Positions 55,711 to 64,000 of a stretch of DNA of 64,000 nt are shown here, piece after piece. The DNA is from an uncultured Rhodanobacter sp. (GTDB lineage: Bacteria > Pseudomonadota > Gammaproteobacteria > Xanthomonadales > Rhodanobacteraceae): positions 1,905-65,904 of the forward strand of contig CAZMPZ010000014.1 of assembly GCA_964568445.1 (NCBI GenBank). Direction: 5' to 3'. The translations under genes and the position numbers were made by a program. The notes under the pieces were generated by a model. It was not told the DNA's origin, ran no database searches, and worked only from the letters and a program-made list of their open reading frames with translations. Position 1 is the first letter of the stretch, and each line of letters begins with the position of its first letter.

Positions 55711-56922
55711 CTAAAGCGCGTGAAAGTCCGGCGCCGAATCGACGGCAATGTCCGCTTCCGCTGTCGTCTCCTGCGGCCAGGCGGCGACACGATCGCGCCC
55801 GGCCCGCTTGGCGGCATACAGCGCGTTGTCCGCCAGCTTGAGCGTCGCGGCGACATCGCCGGCGCCCGGCGGCGCCACGGCGGCGCCGATGGAGACGGTC
55901 AAGTGCAACACGACGCCGTTGAGCGTCAAGGGCGTGGCCGCCAGCGTGGCACGGATACGCTCGGCCAGGGCCAGCAAGGCATGCATCGGCGTATCCGGCG
56001 CCAGCACGACAAACTCCTCGCCGCCAACGCGGCCAATCACGTCGGTGGCGCGCAGCGTGCCGGCAATGCTGCTCACCAATACGCGCAGGACTTGATCGCC
56101 GCCGCCATGACCAAAGCGGTCATTGACCCGTTTGAAATGGTCGGCATCCAGCATCAATACGCCCAGCGGCTGGCCGCTGCGCGCGGCACCGGCCAGCAAT
56201 CGCCGCGCGGCTTCATTGAGCGCCAGGCGATTGTTCACGCCGGTCAACGCATCCACCCGCGCCAGCCGGTGCAGCTGGCGTTCCAGCACGTCGCCATACA
56301 GCAGCAGAAACGCGATGCTGGCAAACAGCGGCTGCATGCCGGCAAACAGGACATACAGCGAATTCACCGTACTTTGCTGGGTCACGCCGACCGACACTCC
56401 CGCCCCCAGCCACAGCACCGCATTGCGCCACAGCAGCAAACTGGCCGCCAGCGCCAGCACCAGCAGCATGACCGTGCGTGCGCGCGAGCGGCCGTGCAGC
56501 AGCGCCTGCGCCTGCAAGCCGATATTGCAGAAAATCACCCCGGTGCCCCACAACACACGCCAGCGGTAATCCGGCTGCACCACGGAAAGCCACACCACCC
56601 CCAGCCAGCCAACCACGGCAATGCCGATGACCAGCCGCAGGCGCAGCGGCTCGTCCAACAACATGCATACGGCAATCACGGCCATTGCCTGCGCGGCAAG
56701 ATTGAAAGCATTGCCGCCAAGCAGCAATTGCGCCGGCGTGAACCAGCTTGCCCCCGCCAACACCGACCAGCCCATGGCTTCCACGGCCAACGCCGCGGCG
56801 CGCAGCGACAGGCTGCGCCGCGCCGCACTGCGCGTACCCCGTACGCCAGCCCAGATCATGCCGGCCAGCACGGCACCCTGGATGGCGCTGATCAAAGCAA
56901 GCGTTTCAACTTGTACTGGCAT
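55711..56922 (-). CDS. Membrane-anchored diguanylate cyclase (GGDEF domain with I-site)
   Basis: Start trimmed to ATG 56922. About 6-7 N-terminal TM helices precede DALTGVNNR...RATDVIGRVGGEEF. RxxD lies five residues upstream of GGEEF. Confidence 0.88.
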   Translation of the reverse strand: MPVQVETLALISAIQGAVLAGMIWAGVRGTRSAARRSLSLRAAALAVEAMGWSVLAGASWFTPAQLLLGGNAFNLAAQAMAVIAVCMLLDEPLRLRLVIGIAVVGWLGVVWLSVVQPDYRWRVLWGTGVIFCNIGLQAQALLHGRSRARTVMLLVLALAASLLLWRNAVLWLGAGVSVGVTQQSTVNSLYVLFAGMQPLFASIAFLLLYGDVLERQLHRLARVDALTGVNNRLALNEAARRLLAGAARSGQPLGVLMLDADHFKRVNDRFGHGGGDQVLRVLVSSIAGTLRATDVIGRVGGEEFVVLAPDTPMHALLALAERIRATLAATPLTLNGVVLHLTVSIGAAVAPPGAGDVAATLKLADNALYAAKRAGRDRVAAWPQETTAEADIAVDSAPDFHAL

Positions 56923-57096
56923 GGCATGAACCGCAACCGGACACACGATCACCCAGTCGACCGGCTTTACTGATCGCTGGACGCAAAGTTGTTCACTATA
57001 TCGGCATGGCCGGGCAGCACTTGAGGTGCCTTGCCCGACGACCGATCCCCCTTGTGCGGCCATCCTGCGTGCTGGACGCTCGGCCACGTCATTCCA

Positions 57097-57115
57097 TATA
57101 ATGCGAATGATTCGC
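57097..57115 (+). promoter_or_regulatory. Candidate Fur box overlapping a consensus -10 hexamer
   Basis: TATAATGCGAATGATTCGC matches GATAATGATAATCATTATC at 13 of 19 positions. It contains the palindrome GCGAAT-g-ATTCGC and begins with TATAAT (57097-57102). Lies upstream of the TonB-dependent receptor. Confidence 0.55.
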
Positions 57116-57253
57116 GTTTACTAACAGCGTACCGCCTCGCCCCCCACCCGCGTCCCCACCTCGCCCCCCCCTGCGTACCGCCCCCGCTGCGCCGGCCATC
57201 ATGGCCTGTTGTCATCGCCGTGGCGAGTGCCATTCACCCGATCAAGGGCTCTC

Positions 57254-59446
57254 ATGCCATACCCCAATTTAGTTTATACCGCCACCGCCCCCAGCACCCC
57301 CAGCCCCAAAAACAATAAGAACAGCGCGTTGCGCGCAGGCATTCACCAGCTTGGTCTGGTCGCCGCCCTCGCTATCACACCGGCCATCGCCATGGCCGCT
57401 GCCGACACGGCGCCGGAAGTGCCGCAGCCACAATCCGCGCGCACGCTTGAAGGTGTGCAAGTCACCGCGCCGATCGCCAAGGACAGCGACTCGGTGACCA
57501 AGACCGACACGCCGATCATCGCCATCCCGCAGTCGGTTTCGGTGATTACCGACGAGCAGATGCGCCGGCGCGGCATCCAGGGCATCGAGGAAGCGGTGTG
57601 GTACACCGCCGGCGCACAGGGCGGCGGCTACGGCCCCGATTCGCGCAGCGACTGGCTGCTGGTGCGCGGATTCACCCCCGCGCGCTACATGGACGGGCTG
57701 GCACTGGCCGAAGGTTCAGGCACCGGCATCACCCGCATCGAACCGTACGGGCTGGAGCGGCTGGAAGTGCTCAAGGGGCCGTCGTCGGTGGTCTACGGCG
57801 CGATGCCGCCGGGCGGCATGGTCAACATGGTCAGCAAGCGCCCGACTGCGCAGCCATTGCACGAAGTGGGTGTGGAGGTTGGCAACTTCGACCTGCGCCA
57901 GGGCACGTTCGATTTCGGCGGCCCGCTGAACGATGCCGGCACCGTGCTGTACCGGCTTACGGGCCTGGCGCGCGCGAGCGACACCATGGTCGACCACATC
58001 CAGGACGACCGCTATTACCTGGCCCCCGCGCTGACCTGGAAGCCCAGCAACGCCACCTCGCTGACCGTGCTGTCGCATTTCCAGAAAGCCGAGACCGCTT
58101 CCGGCGGCGGCTTCCTGCCGGCCTCGGGTACCTTGCTGCCGAACCCCAACGGCAAGATCCCGCACCATCGCTTCACCGGCGAGCCGGGCCAGAACGACTA
58201 CGACAAGACGTTGGCCTCGATCGGCTACGAATTCCACCACGACTTCGCCAGCGGCCTGGCGTTCCACCAGAACCTGCGCTACGGCAAGGCCGACGTCGAC
58301 AACAACGGTGGCAACGTCGGTGCGTTCGGTCTGCTTGGCGACGGCCGCACCCTGCTGCGCTACCTGTTCCCGAACGAGAACCACACCAAGACCTTTGGCG
58401 TGGACGACAACCTGCAATATGTCCTCGATGGCGACCGCGTGCAGCACACGCTGCTGGCCGGCGTGGACTACCGCCGCGCCAACGACGACTACGCCTCCGC
58501 GTTCGACTTCAACGTCGCCGGACTGGACGTGTTCCATCCGGTCTACGGCAGCCCGGTGGTGGTTCCGGCCTACACCAGCCACACCGTGCAAACGCAGTCG
58601 CAGCTGGGTGTGTACCTGCAGGATCAAATCGCGCTCGGCCGCTGGGGCGTCACCCTCGGCGGGCGGCAGGATCACGTAAAGACCGACACTGACAACGTCA
58701 TCGGCGGCGGCAGCGCGCACCAGACCGACCGGGCGTTTTCCGGTCGCGTCGGCGTCAACTACCTGTTCGACAACGGCCTGGCGCCGTACGTGTCATGGTC
58801 GCATTCGTTCCAGCCCACGGTCGGCACCGACTTTGCCGGCAAGGCGTTCAAGCCCACCACCGGCGACCAATACGAAGCCGGCCTGAAATACCAGCCGGCC
58901 GGCGGCAACGGTCTGCTCACCGCATCGGTCTACCAGATCACCCAGAAAAACTCGCTGACGATCGACCCCAACCACACGTTGTATCAAGTGCAGCAAGGCG
59001 AGACGCGATTGCGCGGTGTCGAGCTGGAAGCGCGCTGGAACATCGGCCCCAACCTCAGCGTCTACGGCGACTACACCTACAGCAATTCGAAGGTCACCCA
59101 GACCAACGACCTGCCGTCGCTGGGCAAGCAGATCGCCCTGTTGCCGAAACAGCAGGCGTCGCTGGGCGCCGACTACACCTTGGTCGGCGGTGCGCTGGCC
59201 GGGCTCGGTTTCGGCGGCGGCGTGCGCTATGTCGGCAAGCATTACGGCGACATCTACAACGACTGGAAGACGCCGGCTTACACCTTGCTCGACGCCGCCG
59301 CGCACTACGACGTGGGCAGCTGGCGACTGCAGTTGAACGTCAGCAACCTTGCCGACAAAAACTACGTCTCGGTCTGCAACAGCGCCGCGTGGTGCTACTA
59401 CGGCTACGCGCGCACGGTCACCGCCAGCGCGCGCTACCGCTGGTAA
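57254..59446 (+). CDS. TonB-dependent siderophore receptor
   Basis: ATG 57254 (AAGGG RBS); an in-frame TTG at 57329 would give a shorter signal peptide. The plug region reads DTPIIAIPQSVSVITDEQM...GIEEAVWYTAG. A 22-strand barrel follows, with the C-terminal TVTASARYRW. Confidence 0.9.
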   Translation: MPYPNLVYTATAPSTPSPKNNKNSALRAGIHQLGLVAALAITPAIAMAAADTAPEVPQPQSARTLEGVQVTAPIAKDSDSVTKTDTPIIAIPQSVSVITDEQMRRRGIQGIEEAVWYTAGAQGGGYGPDSRSDWLLVRGFTPARYMDGLALAEGSGTGITRIEPYGLERLEVLKGPSSVVYGAMPPGGMVNMVSKRPTAQPLHEVGVEVGNFDLRQGTFDFGGPLNDAGTVLYRLTGLARASDTMVDHIQDDRYYLAPALTWKPSNATSLTVLSHFQKAETASGGGFLPASGTLLPNPNGKIPHHRFTGEPGQNDYDKTLASIGYEFHHDFASGLAFHQNLRYGKADVDNNGGNVGAFGLLGDGRTLLRYLFPNENHTKTFGVDDNLQYVLDGDRVQHTLLAGVDYRRANDDYASAFDFNVAGLDVFHPVYGSPVVVPAYTSHTVQTQSQLGVYLQDQIALGRWGVTLGGRQDHVKTDTDNVIGGGSAHQTDRAFSGRVGVNYLFDNGLAPYVSWSHSFQPTVGTDFAGKAFKPTTGDQYEAGLKYQPAGGNGLLTASVYQITQKNSLTIDPNHTLYQVQQGETRLRGVELEARWNIGPNLSVYGDYTYSNSKVTQTNDLPSLGKQIALLPKQQASLGADYTLVGGALAGLGFGGGVRYVGKHYGDIYNDWKTPAYTLLDAAAHYDVGSWRLQLNVSNLADKNYVSVCNSAAWCYYGYARTVTASARYRW

Positions 59447-59453
59447 GGCCGGC

Positions 59454-59741
59454 ATGCTCAGCCTGCTGGCCTGTGTGCTTGCCGCGTGTTCCGCCACGGC
59501 GTGGTATGCCGCCTCGCCGCATTGCCTGTGGTCGGCATTGCGCGGCCACCCGCGTGCCGCGCGCATGATGGGTGGCACGTTGGCGCTGCTGTCGCTACTG
59601 GTCTGGATCAGCGTGCTTGGCGTCGCGGTCGGACTGTGCGCGACGCTGGTCAGCCTGATGCTGGCGCTGGTCGTGCAGCCGTGGCTGGCGTGGTTCGCCG
59701 GCAGTCGCGATGCCGATGTCACCGCCGTGGGGAAAGATTGA
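59454..59741 (+). CDS. Small membrane protein, DUF3325-like (siderophore-cluster associated)
   Basis: 95 aa with three hydrophobic segments. Starts 8 nt after the receptor stop. The family assignment is from memory of typical PepSY-cluster companions and is tentative. Confidence 0.55.
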   Translation: MLSLLACVLAACSATAWYAASPHCLWSALRGHPRAARMMGGTLALLSLLVWISVLGVAVGLCATLVSLMLALVVQPWLAWFAGSRDADVTAVGKD

Positions 59742-59823
59742 TGCACAAGCCCACCATCGCCACTCGCAGGAGCCTCCCACGGAGAGCCGGTAAATACGGA
59801 AAGGCCGCGTGGGGAGCGGGCTG

Positions 59824-60087
59824 ATGTGGGCACGCTTCAGTGCCGGCGTGCTGCCGGGTTTCTTCCTCGCCGCGGCTCTCGTCGGCCTGGTCAGCTGGCT
59901 GTTGCCGGGGTCATGGGAATCGACCATGGTGCCAGGCCTGGTCGCGTTCTTTCCGCTGTGGATCGGCGTGATCTGCGTGGCGTGCCGTTTCCCCAGCGGC
60001 AAGCAGGCGTGGGCCTGGCTGAGTGCGCTGGCCCTGCTTGGAATGGGCCTGCTGTGGCTGCTGCAAGCATCCGGCTGGGTTCGTTGA
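59824..60087 (+). CDS. Small membrane protein, DUF3649-like
   Basis: ATG 59824 with GGGGAG 7 nt upstream. 87 aa with three hydrophobic segments. Its stop lies 10 nt before the PepSY gene start. Confidence 0.55.
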   Translation: MWARFSAGVLPGFFLAAALVGLVSWLLPGSWESTMVPGLVAFFPLWIGVICVACRFPSGKQAWAWLSALALLGMGLLWLLQASGWVR

Positions 60088-60097
60088 GGACAGTAGC

Positions 60098-61648
60098 GTG
60101 AAACTGAAACCCACCACGGTACGCACCTTCACCACGCTGCATTCGTGGATGGGATTGATTGCCGGCCTTGCGTTGTTCGTGGCGTTCTATGCCGGCGCGA
60201 TCACGGTGTTTCACGGCGAGCTGCAGCAGTGGGCAAGCCCGCAGCTTGCGGTGCCGGGCACGCTCGACGACGCGCAGCGCCTGCTCGATGGCGTGCTGGC
60301 GCGGCATCCCGAAGCCCGCGCACATGTGGGCATGACCTTCCCCGGCTATGAGTTGGCCGAGCCCACCGCGTACTGGCAAGACACGCACGGCACCTGGTTG
60401 TTTGCCACGCCAGGCCATCTCGGTGGCAGCCCGACGCCCCCCGGCGCCAGCCTGCCCGAGCTCATCAACCAATTGCACTACACGTTGGGTATCCCGATGG
60501 CCGGCGCCTGGCTGATGGGCATCGTCAGCCTGCTGTACGGTATCGCACTGGTTTCCGGGCTCACGATTCACTTGCCGCGCCTGTTCAAGGATCTGTTCGC
60601 CTTGCGTCCGGGGCGCAACCTCAAGCGCTTCTGGCAGGACGCGCACAACGTGATCGGCGTACTCAGCGCGCCCTTCCACATCGTGTTTGCGGTGACCGGC
60701 GCGCTGCTGTGCCTGCTGGCCGTGCAGATGCTGGTGCTCAATCCGCTGATTCACGACGGCAAGTTGATGGACGCCGCGGCGGCGGCCATGGATACCGCGC
60801 CGGTCGTGCGCCCGGCCGATGTCGCCGCGCCGTTGTCACCATTGACCCACTGGCACGCGCGCGCGATCGAGGTGGCGAGCAGGCACGGCATTGCCGACTT
60901 CGTACCCGGTTATCTCAAGCTGGCGCATGCTGGCGACGCGCATGCGGTGGTCGAGATTACCGGTCGCACTGCGCGGGGTCTGGGCGCCGGCGCGGTGGCG
61001 CTGGACGCCACCAGCGGCGCCGTACTTGCCGTCCAGCTGCCGGGCGCGCGCGACGCCAATCACGCCACGCTGAGCGCGGTGTACGCACTGCACTACGGCA
61101 ACTACGGCAACATCGCGGTGCCGTGGCTGTATTTCCTGCTCGGACTGGGCGGCGCGTTCCTGTTCTACTCGGGCAACCTGCTGTGGATTGAATCGCGTCG
61201 TCGGCGACGGCAGGCACAACAAAGCCGTTCAACCCGCCTCATGGCGCGCGCCACGGTGGGTGTCTGCCTCGGCCTCTGCGTGGCCATCAGCGCCACCTTC
61301 GTCGCCGCGCAGCTGTTGCCGTGGCTGGGCTGGAACGCGGCCACGGGCGAACGCTGGGTGTGTTTCATTGGCTGGGCGCTGTGCGTGGCATGGGCTGCGT
61401 GGCGGGCACCATTGCGCGCCGCGCGAGACCTGCTGTGGCTGGCCGCCATCGTCAGCGCATTGATCCCGCTGGCGCATGGCATCGCCACCGGCGGCTGGTT
61501 CTGGCACAGCGCCGCTGCCGGACACGGCGCCCTGTTTGCCATCGACGTCGGCGCCCTGGCACTGGCGACCGGCTTCGCCGCCCTGGCGCGCGCCACGTCC
61601 CGCCGCGGTCGCGACGGTGCAACGAACAGCGTATGGGCCATCACCTGA
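60098..61648 (+). CDS. PepSY-associated TM-helix protein (PiuB/FoxB-like putative siderophore reductase)
   Basis: Probable GTG start at 60098 (GAGGA RBS): (M)KLKPTTVRTFTTLHSWMGLIAGLALFVAFYAGAITVF. Conserved His residues occur in TM helices (HSWMG, LHYTLG, HNVIG, LHYGNYG). Confidence 0.8.
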   Translation: MKLKPTTVRTFTTLHSWMGLIAGLALFVAFYAGAITVFHGELQQWASPQLAVPGTLDDAQRLLDGVLARHPEARAHVGMTFPGYELAEPTAYWQDTHGTWLFATPGHLGGSPTPPGASLPELINQLHYTLGIPMAGAWLMGIVSLLYGIALVSGLTIHLPRLFKDLFALRPGRNLKRFWQDAHNVIGVLSAPFHIVFAVTGALLCLLAVQMLVLNPLIHDGKLMDAAAAAMDTAPVVRPADVAAPLSPLTHWHARAIEVASRHGIADFVPGYLKLAHAGDAHAVVEITGRTARGLGAGAVALDATSGAVLAVQLPGARDANHATLSAVYALHYGNYGNIAVPWLYFLLGLGGAFLFYSGNLLWIESRRRRRQAQQSRSTRLMARATVGVCLGLCVAISATFVAAQLLPWLGWNAATGERWVCFIGWALCVAWAAWRAPLRAARDLLWLAAIVSALIPLAHGIATGGWFWHSAAAGHGALFAIDVGALALATGFAALARATSRRGRDGATNSVWAIT

Positions 61649-61656
61649 TGCCAGCC

Positions 61657-61750
61657 GTAGGCGCCCGCTTGCGGGCGAAGCCTTTGCCCTGAATTTCCAT
61701 CTTTCCACAAGGCATCAGAACAGGAGCATCGCCCGCCAGCGGGCTCTTAC
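61657..61750. repeat. REP doublet (REPIN-like), degenerate copy
   Basis: GTAGGCGCCCGCTTGCGGGCGAAGC (61657-61681) faces GCATCGCCCGCCAGCGGGCTCTTAC (61726-61750). Sits between convergent genes. Confidence 0.8.
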
Positions 61751-61803
61751 ACATGCGCGGAGGATGAGCGGCGCGCCCATGTGCGCGGAGCGGGCGGCGC
61801 GCC

Positions 61804-62460
61804 CTACATAGCGGGGTTGCGATAGGGCGCCAGCAGAGTCGTATCGTCAAACACCCCGGACGGCAGCAGGTATCGCGGGTCGCGGCCGGCAGCCAGCAGT
61901 TCACGGATGCGGGTGGCGGAAATCTCCAGCGGCGTCACTGCCAGCTCAATGAGCTTGCCAGCGGGTTGCCGACGCAGCTCGGCAGCGTCGGTCACGCGGC
62001 GGGCGGTGACTTCGGCGGCCAGCTCCGCAGGCAAAACCGCAGCCACGCCGGGCCGGCTCAGCACGCCGATGTGTGCCAGGTCAAACAAGGCATGCCACTG
62101 ATGCCAGCTTGGCAGCCCGGCAAAGGCATCGGCGCCAAGCAACAACACCAGTGGCCGCTGCGGCTGCTCGGCGCGCAAGCCGCGCAGGGTATCGACCGTC
62201 CACGACGGCCCAGTGCGCTCCAGCTCGCGCGTATCCAGCCCAAGCCGGGATTGACCGCGCAGCGCAGCGCGCAGGATGGCCACGCGCTGCGCCGCCGTGG
62301 CAACCGGCGGCGCGCGATGCGGCGGCACGCTGGCGGGCAGCAGACAGACTTCGGCATCGAGCAATTCAGCCGCTTCCCAGGCCACGCTCAAATGCCCCAG
62401 GTGCACCGGATCAAAAGTGCCGCCAAAGAGCGCCAGTGGGGAGAGTGGGGCCAGAGTCAT
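61804..62460 (-). CDS. nadD: Nicotinate-nucleotide adenylyltransferase
   Basis: Start trimmed to ATG 62460: MTLAPLSPLALFGGTFDPVHLGHL (HxGH motif). ISATRIR lies near the C-terminus. Confidence 0.92.
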   Translation of the reverse strand: MTLAPLSPLALFGGTFDPVHLGHLSVAWEAAELLDAEVCLLPASVPPHRAPPVATAAQRVAILRAALRGQSRLGLDTRELERTGPSWTVDTLRGLRAEQPQRPLVLLLGADAFAGLPSWHQWHALFDLAHIGVLSRPGVAAVLPAELAAEVTARRVTDAAELRRQPAGKLIELAVTPLEISATRIRELLAAGRDPRYLLPSGVFDDTTLLAPYRNPAM

Positions 62461-62533
62461 CTTTTGCCCGGCAAGCCGCACGTCTCATGCGACAGCATCA
62501 AAAGGCAACCCCGCCCCCACTTCCTCATTCTTT

Positions 62534-63544
62534 TCATGCCAGCGCCCGGGCCGCACGCGGGGCGGCAATGGCGACGACCAGACGTTCGGCTTCACGCCAC
62601 GCGTCGCCGGTTTCCCGGCCCTTGATGAGGCGGTCGATGCGTGCGGCCCGCCCCAGGCATTGCGCCCAGTGCTCGCGCGGCGCGCGGCGCAAGGCCTGGC
62701 GGAAAAGATTTTCGCGAGCCGAGAACAAATGCTCGGCGCGCAGTTGTGCATTCAAATCGCGGGCATTGGCCAGGCGCAAGGCCAGCTGCAGCTGACGGAC
62801 AATCCAGCCCATCATGGCGAACAATTCCTCGCCCTCGGCACGCAGTCCGGCAAGAACGTGCAGTGCGCGCACGGCGTCGCCGGCAAATGCCGCATCGACC
62901 AGTTTGAACACGTCATAGCGCGCGCTGTCGGCAACCAGCGACTGCATCTGCGCCAGGTCGATACGACCCTCGCCGTGCAGCACGACCAGCTTGTCGATTT
63001 CCTGCGCGGCAGCCAGCAGGTTGCCTTCGGCGCGCTCGGCCAGCAACGCGATGGCCTCCGGGCTGGCCGACAAGCCGTGCGCGGCAAGGCGTGCGCCCAC
63101 CCACGAAGGCCAGCGATCGGCATACGGTGCCTCGAACACCGCCATGATGCCGACCGCATCCACCTTGCGGCTCCATGCCGCGTCGTGTTTGCGGCTCCAC
63201 TCCATCGCCGTGATCAGCAAACTCACATCCGGCGGCGGGTCGGCGCAAAACGCGCTGATGGCCTTGGCGCCCTCGATGCCGGCGCGGCCGGTGGGCAGGC
63301 GCAGGTCGATCAGCCGATGCGTGGCAAACAGCGACATGCCGGCGCCGGCGCGCGCCAGGTCATTCCAGTCAAAATGCTGGCCGACCTCAAGCACGTCGCG
63401 CTCGCTGTAGCCCAGTTCGCGCGCACGGGCGCGCAATGCGTCGGAGGCTTCCAGCACCAGCAACGGCGTACCGGCCAGCAGGTAGACCGGCGCCAGCGCG
63501 TCACGCGCCAGCGCCTTGCGGAATTGATCGGCCTTCAAGGCCAT
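62534..63544 (-). CDS. holA: DNA polymerase III subunit delta
   Basis: 336 aa: LKADQFRKALARDALAPVYLLAG.P.L. Position between lptE and nadD is as in most proteobacteria. The start overlaps the lptE stop by 1 nt (TGATG). Confidence 0.85.
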   Translation of the reverse strand: MALKADQFRKALARDALAPVYLLAGTPLLVLEASDALRARARELGYSERDVLEVGQHFDWNDLARAGAGMSLFATHRLIDLRLPTGRAGIEGAKAISAFCADPPPDVSLLITAMEWSRKHDAAWSRKVDAVGIMAVFEAPYADRWPSWVGARLAAHGLSASPEAIALLAERAEGNLLAAAQEIDKLVVLHGEGRIDLAQMQSLVADSARYDVFKLVDAAFAGDAVRALHVLAGLRAEGEELFAMMGWIVRQLQLALRLANARDLNAQLRAEHLFSARENLFRQALRRAPREHWAQCLGRAARIDRLIKGRETGDAWREAERLVVAIAAPRAARALA

Positions 63545-64000
63545 CAGGCACCCGGCGCGGCGGCGCCCTGGTGACCGGCAGCCTGCAGGCGGAACAGGAT
63601 GGACTGCACCATGTCGTCATTCAGGCTGCGCTGGATTTGCTCCACCTGCGAGCTGGCGCCGACCGTGTTGGTGGCGTCGTAGCTGTACTCGCGCGACATG
63701 TCCACGCGCTGGCTGGGCACCAGCACCTGGCCGGCCGCATCGCGCACGTCGAACTGCACCTGGTAGCGCACCGCAAACTCGCTGATGCGCGAATAGCCGC
63801 CGGCGCTGACCGTCTCGCTGCTGAAGGCGGCAACCGGCACGCGCAATTCCGCGATGCCCGGACCGCCCTCGTCCTCCACGCTCACGCCCGCCACTTGCAG
63901 CGCTCGCGCCAGGCTGCGCTCCAGGTCGTGATTGCCGTTGACCGTCACATGTACGCGCTGCATGGAAGACGGCAGCTGCGCATTGCCGCGCAAGTGAAAC
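63544..64000 (-). CDS. lptE: LPS-assembly lipoprotein LptE, 5'-truncated by window end
   Basis: The frame stays open to the window edge. The last readable codons give ..FHLRGNAQLP, the GFHLRG motif that follows the LptE lipobox. The M shown in the track is a TTG inside the gene. Confidence 0.8.
   Translation of the reverse strand, partial: FHLRGNAQLPSSMQRVHVTVNGNHDLERSLARALQVAGVSVEDEGGPGIAELRVPVAAFSSETVSAGGYSRISEFAVRYQVQFDVRDAAGQVLVPSQRVDMSREYSYDATNTVGASSQVEQIQRSLNDDMVQSILFRLQAAGHQGAAAPGA

Noticed and set aside
54594-61803. Calling the nadD-rsfS insert a mobile genomic island
   Set aside because: There is no integrase, transposase, tRNA target, flanking direct repeats or visible compositional shift. 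I report it as a synteny break only.

Overview
G+C-rich chromosomal segment (third codon positions almost always G/C) from a gammaproteobacterium. It is most likely Xanthomonadales/Lysobacterales (Rhodanobacteraceae- or Xanthomonadaceae-like). I infer this from the gene orders asd-fimV-truA-trpF...trpB-trpA-accD and lptE-holA-nadD / rsfS-rlmH-maf, a bTHX ribosomal protein gene, and GTAG-type REP palindromes.

I call 65 protein-coding genes, two of them cut by the window edges. Calls rest on recognisable family motifs in the supplied translations plus my own start-codon checks. The ORF track starts at the most upstream ATG/GTG/TTG, so I trimmed many N-termini.

Content is mainly housekeeping:
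- Information processing: parE, gltX, truA, prmB, rlmH, rsfS, holA, two DEAD-box helicases.
- Biosynthesis: trpFBA, aroC, asd, accD, psd, nadD, and the methionine-salvage genes mtnBDC.
- Metal homeostasis: a MerR-type regulator with a P1B-ATPase; zur, a MerC-like gene and a CDF; a Fur-box-controlled TonB-dependent receptor module.
- Envelope and transport genes.

I saw no rRNA, tRNA, CRISPR array, IS/transposase, integrase, phage gene, or recognisable defence or toxin-antitoxin system. I cannot point to a clear-cut undescribed multi-gene system. The best leads, all modest, are:
1. An A+T-rich 430-bp convergent spacer with a promoter, competing hairpins and a terminator (candidate orphan sRNA).
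2. A Zur-box-like palindrome in front of a MerC-like/CDF pair.
3. A phased 12-bp TGTGCA repeat array upstream of a DUF4399 gene.
4. A JmjC/cupin oxygenase translationally coupled inside the trp cluster.
5. A BlaI / BlaR1-TonB_C sensor pair next to an NlpC/P60 hydrolase.
6. A 7.2-kb block splitting the normally contiguous nadD-rsfS junction.

Four REP doublets (REPIN-like hairpins) punctuate the window. Many long antisense ORFs in the track are GC-bias artefacts and are rejected.
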